DNA of 64,000 nucleotides from Psammoneis japonica (taxonomy: Eukaryota), in NCBI GenBank assembly GCA_008632985.1, contig QPGO01000059.1, positions 1-64,000 on the forward strand, given 5' to 3'. A program made the position numbers and the translations under genes. Below, in pieces: positions 25,702-39,397 of the stretch. The notes under the pieces were generated by a model, which made no database searches, was not told where the DNA came from, and worked only from the letters and a program-made list of their open reading frames with translations. Position 1 is the stretch's first letter; the number at the start of each line of letters is the position of its first letter.

Positions 25702-25955
25702 CAAGGAACCCCCTCGAGAAAGTTTGCAGCCCCCCAGGAATGCAAGCGCAAGAAGTTTCCAGAGCACCAGGAACCCCTGCAAGAAAGTTTGCAGCCCCCC
25801 CAGGAATGCAACCGCGGGAAGTTTCTAGAGCATCAGGAACCCACACAAGAAAGTTTGTAGCCCCACAGGAGTGCAACCGCAAGAAGTTTGTAGAATGTCA
25901 GGAACCCCTGCGAGAAAGTTTGTGGCCCCCCAGGAACCCCCCGCAAAAAAGTTGG
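25702..25955. repeat. Minisatellite, ~65-bp unit of two related halves, ~3.5 copies
   Basis: Recurring caggaaccc...gaaagtttgcagcccccc and caggaatgcaa.cgc..gaagttt. Confidence 0.8.
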
Positions 25956-26681
25956 AATCCTGTGAGTGGCAATGCGAGCTGAATGTTGCACATGGGATTC
26001 AATGGTTGTGACGCAATGACACATGTGCACTGCCAAAAATGCATGAAAAATGGACAACGCAGATCTGAAAGACTTGTGCAAAAACAAGAATGACCCTCAC
26101 CAAATTTTCATGGCGACAAAAGCCGCTCGCGTTGCTCCCACACTTTTCTGTGCTGCAAAACCAAGGCATGAATCAACACGTCTTGTCAATTGGACATTGA
26201 AATGCAACAATCTGGATCATCCATGACAAACTTGGTGCTCAAATCGAAGGCGCACTCTTGACACCAAAAATGATGCCCTGCAGAAACCCGCGCAAATTCC
26301 ACACAGAAATGAAATCACCCATCAACAACCCTGTTGCAAACGGCAACCGGCAATGCCACACAAACCACCTCAGCAATCAACCAACATGTCACGAGGTGTG
26401 TCAGACAATGAATGACACGACCCTGCCAACAAAAGTGCCACACCACACAAACGGCAATGACAGTGAGCAGGTCATTGTCAATGATGCGCATTTGTGCGAC
26501 TCCGATGGCCACGGATTGAGAATTTCATGCTGTGGGGGTGAAAGTGAAGACACACGGGCCGCAGACAAAAAAAAGCATGACCTTTGGTCATGCATTGTGC
26601 AGGAAAGCACCAGAAACAATTGTTTCAAGTGTGTCTGTCCATCCACATCTGAGTGCCAACTTCTTGCAAATCAAAACACCT

Positions 26682-27325
26682 CACTCTGCAGCCATTGTCT
26701 GTCTTTGTGTGTCATCGTTTGTCAGCCATTCTTTTTCTGTGATGCAGTCCACAGACTCTGATGGCAAACACACCTTTTGGTTCTCCGTGCCGTGCCGCAC
26801 CGCGCCGCACCTCAGGAAATGTGAAAGCACAGCGTGCTGCAACCAACAGAACCACAAACACAAAACAACACCAGCGATTGGCATTCTCGGCCCAGTTTGC
26901 CACAACAATGCCATCCACTGTGCCAAAAACAGACCAAGTGAAGAGTGGTGCAAACAATTTCAATGAGTGAGATGCTTTTTGCGCCGATGAGATGCCATGG
27001 TCAGTCGATGGCGACATCCGCACTTGCATCCATTGGTTTTTTGTGGGTCTGGTGTTTGTTTTCAAAGTCACACATGAACAAATGACATGTTGTCCGTTGC
27101 ACAATTGGATTTGTTTGACAATTTAATTTTGAAATTGTGCTGACATGTGCAACACACAAGCCCGTTGAGCCTGTTGGTTGCAGCATGCTGTGCTTTTAAA
27201 TTTCCTGAGGTGCTGCGCAGAGAATGAAAAGGTGTGTTTGCCATCAGAGGGCATGGGAGACCCGCGCCAAGCAAAGCAAGGGACAGACAAAGCAGGGGAC
27301 AGACAGACCCGATGGCTGCAGAGTG
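26682..27325. repeat. Imperfect long inverted repeat (foldback/MITE-like)
   Basis: 26756-26849 is the gapped reverse complement of 27171-27250; outer cactctgcagccat / atggctgcagagtg also pair. Confidence 0.7.
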
Positions 27326-28848
27326 CAAAATGCCATTGGTCAGGCAGCATTTCAATTGACTTCCCAAAAAGTCATTGGCCCTGATCACTCTCCGGTGTGT
27401 GTTGTGCACTTTTCTGCACAATTTTGCATTTTTCCTCATGTGAAATGTTGTTTGTGAGCCATGCAACATTTTTGAATGACCCCTGTTGTCTGCTTTGAAC
27501 TTGAGACAGTTGAGTGCTGAGAAACGATGACATCTTCACTGTTCACTTCCTCACTCCTCAAAGGCACCCAACGGCACCTCCTGCTCTGGTGGCCAGCTGC
27601 AGCAAAGTCTCTCTCTCTGGCCAGCAGCAGAAAGCAGATGGAGCACTGCTTTTTAGAGCAGAGGTTGTGCATGAGGAAAAAAATGGAAATTTCAATGGAG
27701 GTGGTCAGCAAAGCACTGCTGCAACTTCTTGGGGCAATGGTTGGCAACACTTGTGACAAATGCCACCACAACTTTCCTTGCAAAAGACAAATCTGCAGCA
27801 CTGGAGATCCAATGCAACAAATCATGCAGGGACTTTCTTTTTCTGGGACACACAGAGATCTTTGTTTTTGGAGATGACACTGTGCCGGACCCATGCTTGG
27901 CCTTGTTTGAGCTGTTCTTCATTGTTTTTGTTCATCAAAGACACAGATGTCACTTTTGGGAGGACGACTGGTTGGGTGAGGGCCTTGGTTTGATGAGAAA
28001 CGGAGTTGTGATTTTGCACAAATCAAAAAATGGGTCTAATTGCTGTTGTCAGCCATTTTTGAGCGGCAAAACCCACACTTTGATGTTCATTCATTCATTT
28101 CACTCAATCTCATGACTGTCTTTGATGGCATCGACTCACAACAGTCATGAAAAGATTTTGATGTCTTGGTGTGCTGTGGGTGGGGGCTGTGTCAAGAAAA
28201 ACATCGTCCTCTTGCATCTGCAAGAAACACCAAAAAGCATGGAATTGAATTGATCCATGCTTGGATGTTTGTTCATCCAATGCACATTTTCTGTTGCTTC
28301 CCTTTGTCAGCATCTCTTCATTGTAAAAGTGGAAAGCATCCCCTGTCTTGTGCATGCCATGTGTTTGTTTTGTGGCAAGCAAGGTTGGTTGCTCTCGTGT
28401 GGTCTCGCACTGGCATGTTTTGGCTGATGCTGACCCACACTTTGATGTTTGCTCACATTCATTTCCTCTCTTCGCTCACACTTCTTTGATCTGATCTCTT
28501 CTTTGCAGTTTCAAAAAGCTTGTTTTGTCTTGGACACAGTTTTGGTGATCTTTCATGCCAACTGGCGGCAACAGCAACCATCACACCAACTGGCGGCAAG
28601 AACCATCATGCCCATCAATGAGAGCTGAGAACAAGAGTGCTGCATCTCATGGGCGCATCCCTCCTCATGATGCAGGATGCCTTCTGCAGCATCGCATTGG
28701 ATGCCAGCCATGGCACTGCATCCAGTGCTGTCTGCAATGTCATGTTGGGTGCCAGCTGTTGCATGGCTTTCAATGCTGTCTACATTGTTGCATCGAATGC
28801 TGTCCATCAAGTGCCAATGTCACCATTTTATCACAGCCACCCGGCCAT

Positions 28849-30400
28849 TTAATCACCACCCATGTCCATCACAGGCATGCTGAGAAATTCCTTGTCAAGC
28901 TGCTTCAGTTTCTTTTTGGCAATTTCCTCACCAAGCACATCACGGAGACTCTCAATCTTGCACTTCTTCTCCATGTGCTCATCCACACTGCCCTTCTTGG
29001 TTGCCCTTTCCAAAGCATCTGCCATCTGCTTGCTTTCTGCCCTGCGCACTCCCTCTTCTCATCCAACTCCAGCCATTTCTGATCATTCAACAGCCATGCT
29101 TCCTCCTTCTTTGCCTGCAACTCCAATCTTTTCTTCTCATTCAAAAGGGCCATTTTGTTGTTTTCTTCTTCCAACATGCCTTGCTCTTGCAACTTTAGAG
29201 CCACATCAGCCATGATGGTTGCTGGTGATTTGCCCCTGCCGCCCTTGCTGGCTCCACTCTTGGGCTTGCTCTTTGCTGAGTGCATCGCTTCTGTCCGCTT
29301 GTCTGAAAAAAATGCAAGGTCTTGACCCATGTCACCACATTTCTCACAGCCATGCAATCCTTGTGAAGGACAAAGAACAATGTCATGCACAGTCGATCCT
29401 TCACAATCCACTGCACCACAGGACACAAAACCATCTGGAGACTCCTCATCACGGTCAACATCATTGCCACTTGCAACTGAGCCCATCACAGAATTTATGT
29501 TGTTGAGCATTTCTTTTTCTGGTGGGCCTTGGCTTGGCTGGATGATTTCTCCTTCCACAACTCAGCCTCAAACACCCCCTTCAGATCACACAGATCCCGC
29601 TTGCACAGTTTGTCAGCCGTGAGCACCAACCCATCTTCAAGTGTTTCAGGAGGTGCACCTCAACCAGCTGGGGTGTTCACACCCACCTGCCCCTCTCCCA
29701 CATGTGCTCCATTGCTCTCCATCTCAATGTTGGGGGTGCCATTGATGATTTTTTCCACCAAAGCTGTGCACCAACGAGCATCTTGCAATTCCTGGTGAGT
29801 GACACCACAACCGGCAGGAAACCAGCCAAAATGATGCTGATCCTGCAAAATCTTGTTCATGCAGCTGGAAACATCAGCATGCCTGTCATTGATCTTGCCA
29901 CCACAAGAATGCACCTTGAAGTCATTGGCACAATGGATGATTGTGTGCTTGAACAATGCAGGTTGCGACTTGTCTCAGTTGACAGCTTCCCTGGAGTTTT
30001 TTGAAGCAGCACTCCACCTCCTTGTTGGACAGGAAAGGTGCTCCTCATCTGTCATCTCAGAGGGATGCTTCCAATCCTTGTGTCCTGTCTTCTTCTTTCC
30101 ATGTTCAACACACTTGCATGGATGCTTGAATTTGTCATCTCGGAATGGCCTCACGTCTGCAGAGTTGCCATTCAGGCTTGCTGCCTCCAATGGCTGCATT
30201 CAGAATGAGCTTGCTCTTTGCATCAAGAGCAAGTGACACTCTTGAAGCACCAATGTCAGCATCAAAAGACGCAAGAGCACTGGTGGAAGAAATCTCATTC
30301 CACTGTTGTGCAAGCATTGTTCATGCATTCCGATCAATGTCAGCAGCAGCAGCAGCAGATGGTGCAGCACGGTGTGCGTGTTGATGCTCTGCTGAAAGTG
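28849..30400 (-). pseudogene. Decayed hypothetical gene with charged coiled-coil C-terminus (possibly a transposon accessory gene)
   Basis: Consecutive frameshifted protein-like fragments, e.g. ALKLQEQGMLEEENNKMALLNEKKRLELQ and IESLRDVLGEEIAKKKLKQLDKEF. Confidence 0.4.
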
Positions 30401-31964
30401 CAAGTCATTTCAGAGTTTCTGTGCAGCAACTTTCTCTGCACTTGCATCGCAAAGATGCTGCACAAGAACTCTGAACAGCAACCATTTTGGAGCGCAAAAG
30501 AAGAGAGTGCAAATCTGCTGCCGGAAGAAGTTGCGGGGCCATGCCGGCACACAAAGTTTGTGTTGCATGCAGCAGAGTTTCTGCAGCGCGTTGCTGACCA
30601 CCTCCAATCTCTCCTTGAGTGCAACACAAAAGACAGAAAGAACAAAACGAACATGTGCACAGCAGACAACCAATGAAATGCCTTGTTGTCAGGGCCCCAG
30701 AGTGCAAATGAATCAAGGGAACAGACTGCTGGTTTTGATGCATTGCGATTCCTTTGGTGGGAGGATGAGGAACAAAAAACCCTGGAAAGGAAAAAGGTGC
30801 AGGGATCACATTTTTGAAGCAACAAGATTCTGTGAAACAGGCATGTGACAACTGCCCATGCAAACAAGGGGCAGTTGTCTCGTGAGAGAGGTTCATCATC
30901 GGTGTGAAAGAAATTTACAGAAAATGGAGTCTGGCATCGGACGGGTCATGCAGGTGAATTTTTGGTCATTTTGTTGATGCTTTGTCAGCAACAGCCTGTG
31001 ACAAAAGAACCATGTGTTGTCTTGAAAGAAGGCATCCTTCATGAACCTGGTCCCTCAGCGTCTGCAGAGGAAAACAGACCCCGCTGTGGGGTCCAAAATC
31101 ACCCCCAAAATGCCAAACGGTCATGAAGTCAGAAAAGCTTGTCATGGATGGATTCGACAATTTGAAGTGCCTGGACAACAACTGGAGACAAAGCTCCAAA
31201 CAATGGCACAGCAGTCGTGGTTTGAACAAAAAAACACGCTGCCGCACAATGAAACACTTCAAACGACCGCCATTGAGCAGTTTCTCACCAAAAAGTCGGC
31301 CGGCCACAAAAAAATGCTCGAACGGTTCCGCGCGCAACTGACAGTGTACAGTGCTGCAACGCATCCGTTGAGAATGTTGCTGCCAGCACTCAGCACGCCC
31401 ATCTTGGATCTTCATCAGCTCGTTGCTGCACAGCACATCTTCGGGAACATCAAAGCAGAAATGACCCTGACACGTCACTGTTGAAAAACTTTGTTCTAAC
31501 ACTCCAAAGTGCCAGAAGCACTTTCCAGCAGAAAAACCTGCCAGAGCTGCGTCCCTCCGGGTTGGCACTTCCGGAAAATAAAACAGCATGTTCCAACATC
31601 CCCGGGGTGCCTCATGATGCCGTTTGTCTTTTCTGCGCACATTCTGCGCAGAACACATGCAAGCGTTTTAAGATCCCACGCACCACTGCAAGACTCCCTC
31701 CCGAGACTCGCAAGATTTGCATCATCAAAGTTTCTGCCACTCGCACCATTCCTGTCGCAACAATCAACCCACAATCTGAGTCCGACAAACAGCAACAGTT
31801 CACTTCATTGCTGTCTCCTGACAATGTCAACAACACAACATGCCAGGGGGGCGAACTGGAAGGCACAGTGGACGCGTGCACCCCCATCAGCGTGAAACTG
31901 ATGATGACACGCCAATCCTTGGGGGTGACTTGTCAGCGCCCAGCGACCTCGCCGAAAAGCACAA

Positions 31965-32353
31965 GACGCGTTCCAGGTCTAGGTGGGACCTCGTGCTGCT
32001 GAACTGTGACATCGATAGTTTTTTGAATCTCGTCGTATGTCGCGCACGCAGAATTCTACGTGATTTTTTGATATTTTGTGTCATTTTACGGTACACTTAT
32101 TGAGCGATCCGTCCAAAAACTTTTGACATTTTTTGTTACAGCGCGATTCTATAATGTCTTAAGAATCGCGTAGGGCAGGTGCATTTGCAAAAACGTCGAG
32201 TGGTAAGAGGCATAATTGCACCACAAACTTGGCCGTTTATTTGATGTTGAAGACAAATGTGTCCATTAATTAAATTCTCGTACTACGGAGCTCGCACGTA
32301 GAATTCTACGGGCCAAATGTCACACGGAGTCCCACCCAGGGCTGGAACGCGTC
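31965..32353 (+). mobile_element. MITE copy 1 (TA-retaining), TSD ACAA
   Basis: TIR GACGCGTTCCAGGTCTAGGTGGGAC...GTCCCACCCAGGGCTGGAACGCGTC with a 4-bp flanking duplication. Confidence 0.9.
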
Positions 32354-33017
32354 ACAATGAAACCGCCCAGTTGGAAATGGGAGATAAATGCCGACAAAAC
32401 TGTCGTCAGAGACTTGCACGTTTGGCCAAGTTTTGGAAGGAGAATGACCCTGAACATTGTTCTCTTGGCGTTAGAGAGGTTTCTGCTGAAGACCTTTGCG
32501 ATCCAACTGAGCACTGCTTCAATCGGTGCCGAGAAGACCTTGTGCATGCAGGCATGAATGACCAGCTTGCACTTCATTTCTCAGTGTCAAACAAGAAGAA
32601 GGCCAACGGAAAGCTCAAGTCATGTGACGACATCCAAAAACACAAAGACGCCATGATGTGGGGTGCCAAGACGGCAGACGAGCACTTGCCTGAGAGCTTC
32701 TGTGTGATGTTTGACAAGCTCCTCGCCGGGCACAAGAAGGAACATGCTCAAGCAAAAAAGAGAGGGGATGCAGATGAAAACTCTGCTGATCCTGTTCCCG
32801 TTTCCTTGCACAAGCTCATGCTGAAATGGAGCACAGAAGCCAACAACGTGTTTGTGCAGTTCTGGACCACTGCCCAGTGGAATTTCATGGCCCGGTCAAC
32901 ATCCACAGATCCCTTGTGGATGAAGAATTTCAAACTGGGTGCGGACAGCTTGATTGGAAAGCATGCAGAGAGGCTTTCAGAGAAAAACACACATGCCAAC
33001 CCACTGGATTGGACGAT

Positions 33018-33407
33018 GACATGCTCCAGGTCCAGGTGGGACCTCGCACTGCTGAGCTGTGACATCGACAGTTTTTTGAGTCTCGTCGCATGTTGCGCAC
33101 GTGGATTTCTACGTGATTTTTTCGATGTTTTGTGTCATTTTACGGTGCACTTGTTGAGCGATCCGTCAAACAACTTTTGACATTTTTTGTTGCAGTGCGA
33201 TTCTACAATGTCTTAAGAATCGCGCAGGGCAGGCGAAGTTGCAAAAACATCGAGTGGTGAGAGGCACAATTGTGCCACAAACTTGGCCGTTTGTTTGATG
33301 TTGAAGACAAACACATCCATTGATTAAATTCTCGCACTGCAGAGCTCGCACGCAGAATTCTGTGGGCCCAATGTCACACGGAGTCCCACCTGGGGCTGGA
33401 GCGCGTC
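33018..33407 (+). mobile_element. MITE copy 2 (strongly TA-converted), TSD CGAT
   Basis: Same TIRs and body as copy 1; cgat on both sides. Confidence 0.9.
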
Positions 33408-34585
33408 CGATGTGCTTTTGGGCGGGCGCGGGTGTTTGTTGTGCTCTTCGTGGCGACAAGTTTGTTGGCAACAATGCTCTCTTTTTGGACAAAGGTGTGA
33501 AGGAAGGAACGTGCGCCACCAAGCATTGTGAGCAGATTGCTGGAATTTTGCAGGCCCACTTGGACAAAATCACAAATCACATGGATCTGAGTTGTGTGAA
33601 TCCGCGTGGCATTCGAAAGAGCTCGGGGACCTGCGCCTTGAATGGGACCACTTCACCCCCCGTCAATTCCAGCTGTTGCATCTTTGGAGAGTGGACTGTT
33701 GGGAGTGTCCTTGATTGCTGTTGGCATTTTGGCAGCGTTGGCGACCAACATCTTGGGCGCATTCTTGCGGGTTTGGATCCGAACGATGCGTCGTTTGACA
33801 TGCTTCCACCTCATTGGAAGCTTGCAGATCCGATGTCAAATGAAAAAGTGAAACTTGGCATGATGAAAACATTTGGAGAGAATGTGACAAATGAGCACAA
33901 GACTTTTGTTCCTGTTCTGCTGTGGTGCTTTGCATGCATGACATGTTGCTCAGAGTCGCTGATTGAAGTTGTGGTGAGCGTGCCGGGTCACGACTTTTCA
34001 AAGCTGTCAATCCTCCACGACAGGAGACTTTTGGGGGAGCTGCAATCTCTTGTGACAACAGAGCCCACAGAAGGGGTGTTGACTGTCCCCACTGGGATGC
34101 CACCCCATGCTGGCATGGCAAGACAACTGTGTGAGTTGGTGCGCAAAGCCGATTTGATGCTTGCGAACATGGACTCGCAGATGGAGACGTTGGTGGTGGC
34201 AGCGTCGGATGTGACAGATCAAAAAGCATGGGATTCTGGACATGTGACAAGTGATCGTCTGAAAGGGATGTTCAAAAGTTTTCAGGAGGAGACGATGCAA
34301 ATGATGCATTCTGAGTTGGATGGTTTCAAGACCATTTTACGGTCCTTTCCCGCCAGCGGCGGCAACACGTGCATGAACGGCCGCATTGGTGCGGCTTCTG
34401 ATGACGGTCCAGTGGAAACCACCTTTTGCCATGACAACAAAACACACATGGCTCCAAAGCAATTTCGTCTTCCATCGGGAACAACAATCAAGGAAGGCCT
34501 GAGATTTTGGCTTTTTGGCCAAACCACATCAGTTGATGGTGCAAAGGTCATGCAACCTTTTTGAGACCTTGTGCCTTCCTCTCTC

Positions 34586-35014
34586 GACGCGTTCCAGGTC
34601 CAGGTGGGACCTCGCACTGCTGAACTGTGACATTGATGTTTTTTTGAATCACGTCGCATGTCGTGCACGTAGATTTCTACGTGATTTTTTTGACATTTTG
34701 TGTCATTTTACGGTGCACTTTTTGAGCGATCCGTCCAACAACTTTTGACATTTTTTGTCACAGCGCGATCCGTCCAAAAACTTTTGACATTTTTTGTTAC
34801 AGCACGATTCTACAATGTCTTAAGAATCACGCAGGGCAGGTGCATTTGCAAAAACGTCGAGTGGCAAGAGGCACAATTGCACCACAAACTTGGCCATTTA
34901 TTTGATGTTGAAGACAAATGCATCCATTGATTAAATTCTCGCACTGCGGAGCTCGCACGTAGAATTCCACGGGCCCAATGTCACACGGAGTCCCACCCAG
35001 GGCTGGAACGCGTC
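34586..35014 (+). mobile_element. MITE copy 3 with ~39-bp internal tandem duplication, TSD TCTC
   Basis: Same TIRs; gcgatccgtcca..acttttgacattttt repeated twice. Confidence 0.9.
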
Positions 35015-36884
35015 TCTCCCACCAGAGGTGAGGAGGGTTCACTCTGTTCAGTGGAGTCCTGTCTTTCGCTTCATTGAGAATGCACTGTCAGAACAAGATG
35101 AGTCACTCGGCGCCGACTCGGGTTTTGATGATTTGCACGAAAAGTGTGTCGTGTGCTTGAAGGAGCGTGCCTCGCATTGCTTTGCCAAAGGAGATCCTGT
35201 GGGGTGGAGCCTTGGAACTTGGAGCAACAGGGTGAGTCGTTCAATGACACTAAAAAGTGGCACCGAGTCGGACAAAGGATTTTTGAAAGCTGGTGCGAAC
35301 CGAAACAAACCTCGGCGCGCTGCAACTCGAAAGCGCGGTCCTCGCAACACGAAATGTCCAGGTCGCCAAAGCAGACACCTTGAGAATGAAAGCATGGCAG
35401 AATCAAGAGTGGGAGAAGAGGATGCCTTTGCCAAAGCTTTCAGTGGTGTAGAGGACAGAATGACAGATCGCATGCGTGAGCAAGACGAAGAAATCAGAGC
35501 TGAAGCAGAGCGGGAAATGGCGGCAGAACGAGCTCAGCAACAGAAAGAGTGGGCCCAAACTGGTGATGGAGTGGGCACTGACAGCACTCTTCTTTGTGCT
35601 CATCAGACGAATGGCATTGAATGGAATTGTGGCAACAACTCTTTTTGGCAAGAGTGTCGCATGGTGAAAAAGTTGGTCGTGCGATTGACTCCGATTCTGC
35701 TGGTGCTGGTGTTGGCATGGGCGAGGCGGGGACCAAACCAACTCAACCTGGTGTGTGTCCATTGTTGGATGCACTTGCTTTCGCACCGTTCCTGATCACA
35801 AGTGCAAAAACAAGAGCTGCAACAAGCACGTCCACTGCTTGTGTGCGCAACGTTGCAGCTTGGCGAGTGCAAGCAATGAACTGAGCATGCGTTGTTCAAT
35901 TGCATGCAAAGGCAGTGATTGGACATTTTGTCATTAGTTGGCACAGTGTCATCATTGCATTTTACTTTTACAATTTATGAGAGCAACCGAAGAAGTGGTC
36001 CAAGAGGCATCGCAAGCGGCCCACTGCACTGGGGTTCTCTAATGTGCCAAACACCTTTGGCACTGACAAGACTCTGTCTCATCTTGCCCGCTCCATCTTG
36101 TGATTAGCAGCACTGGACAGTTTAGTTAAAAGTGTTCAGCATTGTCAAAAATGCTTTGATCGTTCATTCTGTTGTTGATGCGCCTGTCTAACTTGCCAGT
36201 TCTGAGAGTGTTTTTTGGACAAAACAGAAATCCACAATTCTCAATGACACACAACGAAGACCAACCCAGTGGGATGCATTGTGCAATTGCTCCCAATGTT
36301 GAAAAAAGAAACGGAGAAATTGGTGCAAGCATCATTGAGATGTCACATCGTAAAGTGGGACACCGGCGGCACGCATCATTGTGCTGCTGCAGTTTCTTGC
36401 GTGTGACTTTGAAACACATGTTCAACGATGTGTGTCGGCAATGCAAGCAATGAACTTGTTCATTCCACTGTTATAATTTTGGTTTAGACATCTTTAAAAA
36501 ACACACAAGAATGATTTTAAAAGAATCACAGTCAACGGAAATTAAACGCAATGCGGTGCCTTTGCCAGAGGCAAAGGGGGAAATGCCTCCGACTTCGAGA
36601 AAATTTTCGAAGGACCGCCCACTTCGTGTTGCTGTAGTCACGTGAGAGGCTTTGCATTTTACATTCATTAAAATGAAATTATGGGTCTTGTAATCAAGTG
36701 AATCAATCCCGTTAAAACAGGTCTGTTTTGACGGGGACCCCCCACAAGTCTGTACGTCCATCCGCTTGAGCAACTTTTTCGAGTTGAACGCAACCCTTCT
36801 CGTGTTAATCGCCGTGATAAAATCCATTTCAGTCTGTTGCACACCAACCTTGTTGCAGCTGTTCTGCTGGCAATCCTTTTCAAC

Positions 36885-37410
36885 AAATCGTTTGTTCCAC
36901 TCCTGTTGCTGACATTTGGCGAAAAGGATCGCCAGCAGAAAGTGTTTTGTGACAATGACAATTGCATCTCAATGTCGCCGTCACCAATCAGCAGCGATGC
37001 CCCAAACGCCTCCACGCCCACCCAAATGGAAGAAAAAGCCGACGAAAAGAAGCGTGCAATCCTGGCAGATGATGCATGGTGCCAGCATGGAAGAAAACCA
37101 GGGTTTCAGTGCCATGGGTGAGTCGCAAAATGTTGATGTTCTTTGTCATGTTGCGCCAACGTCACGCATCTCACAAACGTTCGTTGGTCGTTGTGACTGT
37201 CCTGCTGTCAATGCTTGCCAAGAAATCGTTTGTTCTGCTCCCATTGGCGAGGTTTGATCAAAAGGATCGACAGCAGAAGGCATTTTTGTGACAGCAATTG
37301 TTTGTCTCCATGTCGCCATTGCCGACCCAGCGACACAACAAATGCCTCCACCATCCACCAGCCCACAGCCCACAGCCCACCCAAATGGAAGGTCAAGCCG
37401 ATGGAAAGAA
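36885..37410. repeat. Diverged direct duplication (period ~335 bp)
   Basis: aaatcgtttgttc...aaaaggatcg.cagcagaa...cccacccaaatggaag at ~36885-37050 and ~37222-37410. Confidence 0.65.
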
Positions 37411-39397
37411 ACAGAGGAAGAGGCGCAAGCAGGAGATGTGGAGCACCCTTGGCTGTTCCTTTGTTGATGGAGAAGTTTTGGATGTGAAAACAACCACAAA
37501 CGGACGTGTTCCAGTCCCAGGTGACGCACAAAACGACGATCGATTTTGAATGTAAATCATGCATCATTTAGTGTGTGGAGCATTTTCACACAAAATGCCC
37601 AAGCAGATTGGCTTTTGCAGGCATCAAGAGTGTGAACATTTAAACAGTTTTTTGTGGGGCATTCAAGTCCTCATGGGATGTGCATCATAAACTTCCTCAG
37701 TGGACTCAAAACTGATTGCACCTTAGTGGAATTATGCTGAGATTTCTCTGCAGGTAGAAAACCCACCAAGCAACATCGTAGAAAGACACATTTGGGCAAC
37801 ATCCAAATGACGGCAATGTTTTCGCCGAAAATCATCCGTTGTGTTACGAGTCTTTTAACGCAATGAAAAACATAGATGGCACAACAACAATGACATTGCA
37901 ACACTCACACGAGTCTTGTCAGTGTTGCAAAACATTCACATTTGAACAAATCTACACTTTTGGTGGTGAAAGTTCGATCGCAAGTTAGGGACCGCGCAAA
38001 AATCGCGCAAATGTCGTTTTTGTGCACGATTTGGTTCACGTGCGGCTGAAACACGTCAACGGTGTCTTTTGTGTGTTGGCGGCATCAAACAAACATGCAT
38101 TCAGTCGAGGCGCCGGAAACAAAACAAGAGCGCCAAACTGTCTCCTGCGAGATGTTCAACAATGCCTGCCCATCAGTGAACGATGAGCGCAAGGGTTTGA
38201 AACATTGTCTGAGCTGGGACAACTGCAACTGGATGTGATGCTGTTTGTCAGTGTGCACAGTGCACTCGCCACAACTCTAGATTCTAGGTTTTGATTCTGT
38301 GACTCTCGATTCCAGGTGCCTTCCATTAGAAATGCTCAACAAAGCATCACTTTGTAGTCTTAAAATGGCAATTGCTGCTCGAGCAACTCCCACACAACGA
38401 AATGGGGCCACCCAACATGCCAGTCGCGTTTCGTTTTCGCGGATTTCCCAATCCCGATCATCCGATCATGCTCTCTACAAACCATTGAATTGGTGTCTTA
38501 GAATCTTGTGTCAACACCCATTGCTGCTAAAGAAACTCCCCTGAACACCCAACATGACATCCACGTTTCGGTTGTGTTTTCAAGGATTGCCTGATTCCGA
38601 CAGTTGCTGCTGGACTGCTGGAGCTCACATTTGCAAAATCATCCGACAGATCAATGCAGACCAATTTCTCACCGGAGCCCATGGTTCTGCCATGATCACC
38701 AGTTGCATGTTCTGAATCACTGTGAGGTGGCACTTCTGAACTGCCAAAAGCATCGGGAGCAGCAGCATCGTTTCCATCCTTGTAGCCGGCTTCAGACAGT
38801 CTTCCACGACATTTGTGTCTTCCTTGTCTCTCACTTTGCTTGGCACCCGATCCTTAGAAGCAAACACCCTTTAGGCTCATGTGCTTCGTGGCAGCTGTGC
38901 TGGAGGTCTTCACCCGACCAAGTGACAGTGCAGTGGTGCAACCCTCGGCACAGTTGTCTGCGCGAAGGGCGACCGAATTTGAGGCGCCTCAGAAGGCAGA
39001 CGAGATGTTGGACTTAACAACTCCCAGAAAGATGCCACGTTGTAGGGCCTTAAACATGAGGCCACTGTCCATCCACACACAATCCATCCATACACATTGA
39101 AAGGTAGCCGGAAACGCGGTGATAAGAAGCCTTACGGAGTCAGTAATCTTCATGGTTGATTTGCTGTTTTTGTGTCGGAAAAAATATCGCGTGTCTATCG
39201 CGGAGCGGAATCGGCTACGGGCAACGTACAGACTTACGGGGGGTCCCCCGTTAACATTCCTGGTCACTCTACAGTATGAATACTGTGTATCCTATGTTGT
39301 GTACGGTACCCTACTACAGCACTACAGTACACCGCCTTTTTTTTTTCGGGGGTGGTCCCACGCTGCCGACGTTGCCTCTTGCCAAACCCTCTTGCGA

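Larger units (their letters stand above)
32354..35795 (+). mobile_element. Decayed Crypton-type tyrosine-recombinase element interrupted by two MITEs
   Basis: QWNFMARS, GIRKSSGT..GTTSPP..GEWTVGSVLDCCWHF..GDQHLGRILAGLDP..FDMLPPHW, typical of Crypton YR domains. Confidence 0.75.

Noticed and set aside
25702..25955. CRISPR-like array
   Set aside because: No unique spacers, no cas genes, eukaryotic context; it is a minisatellite
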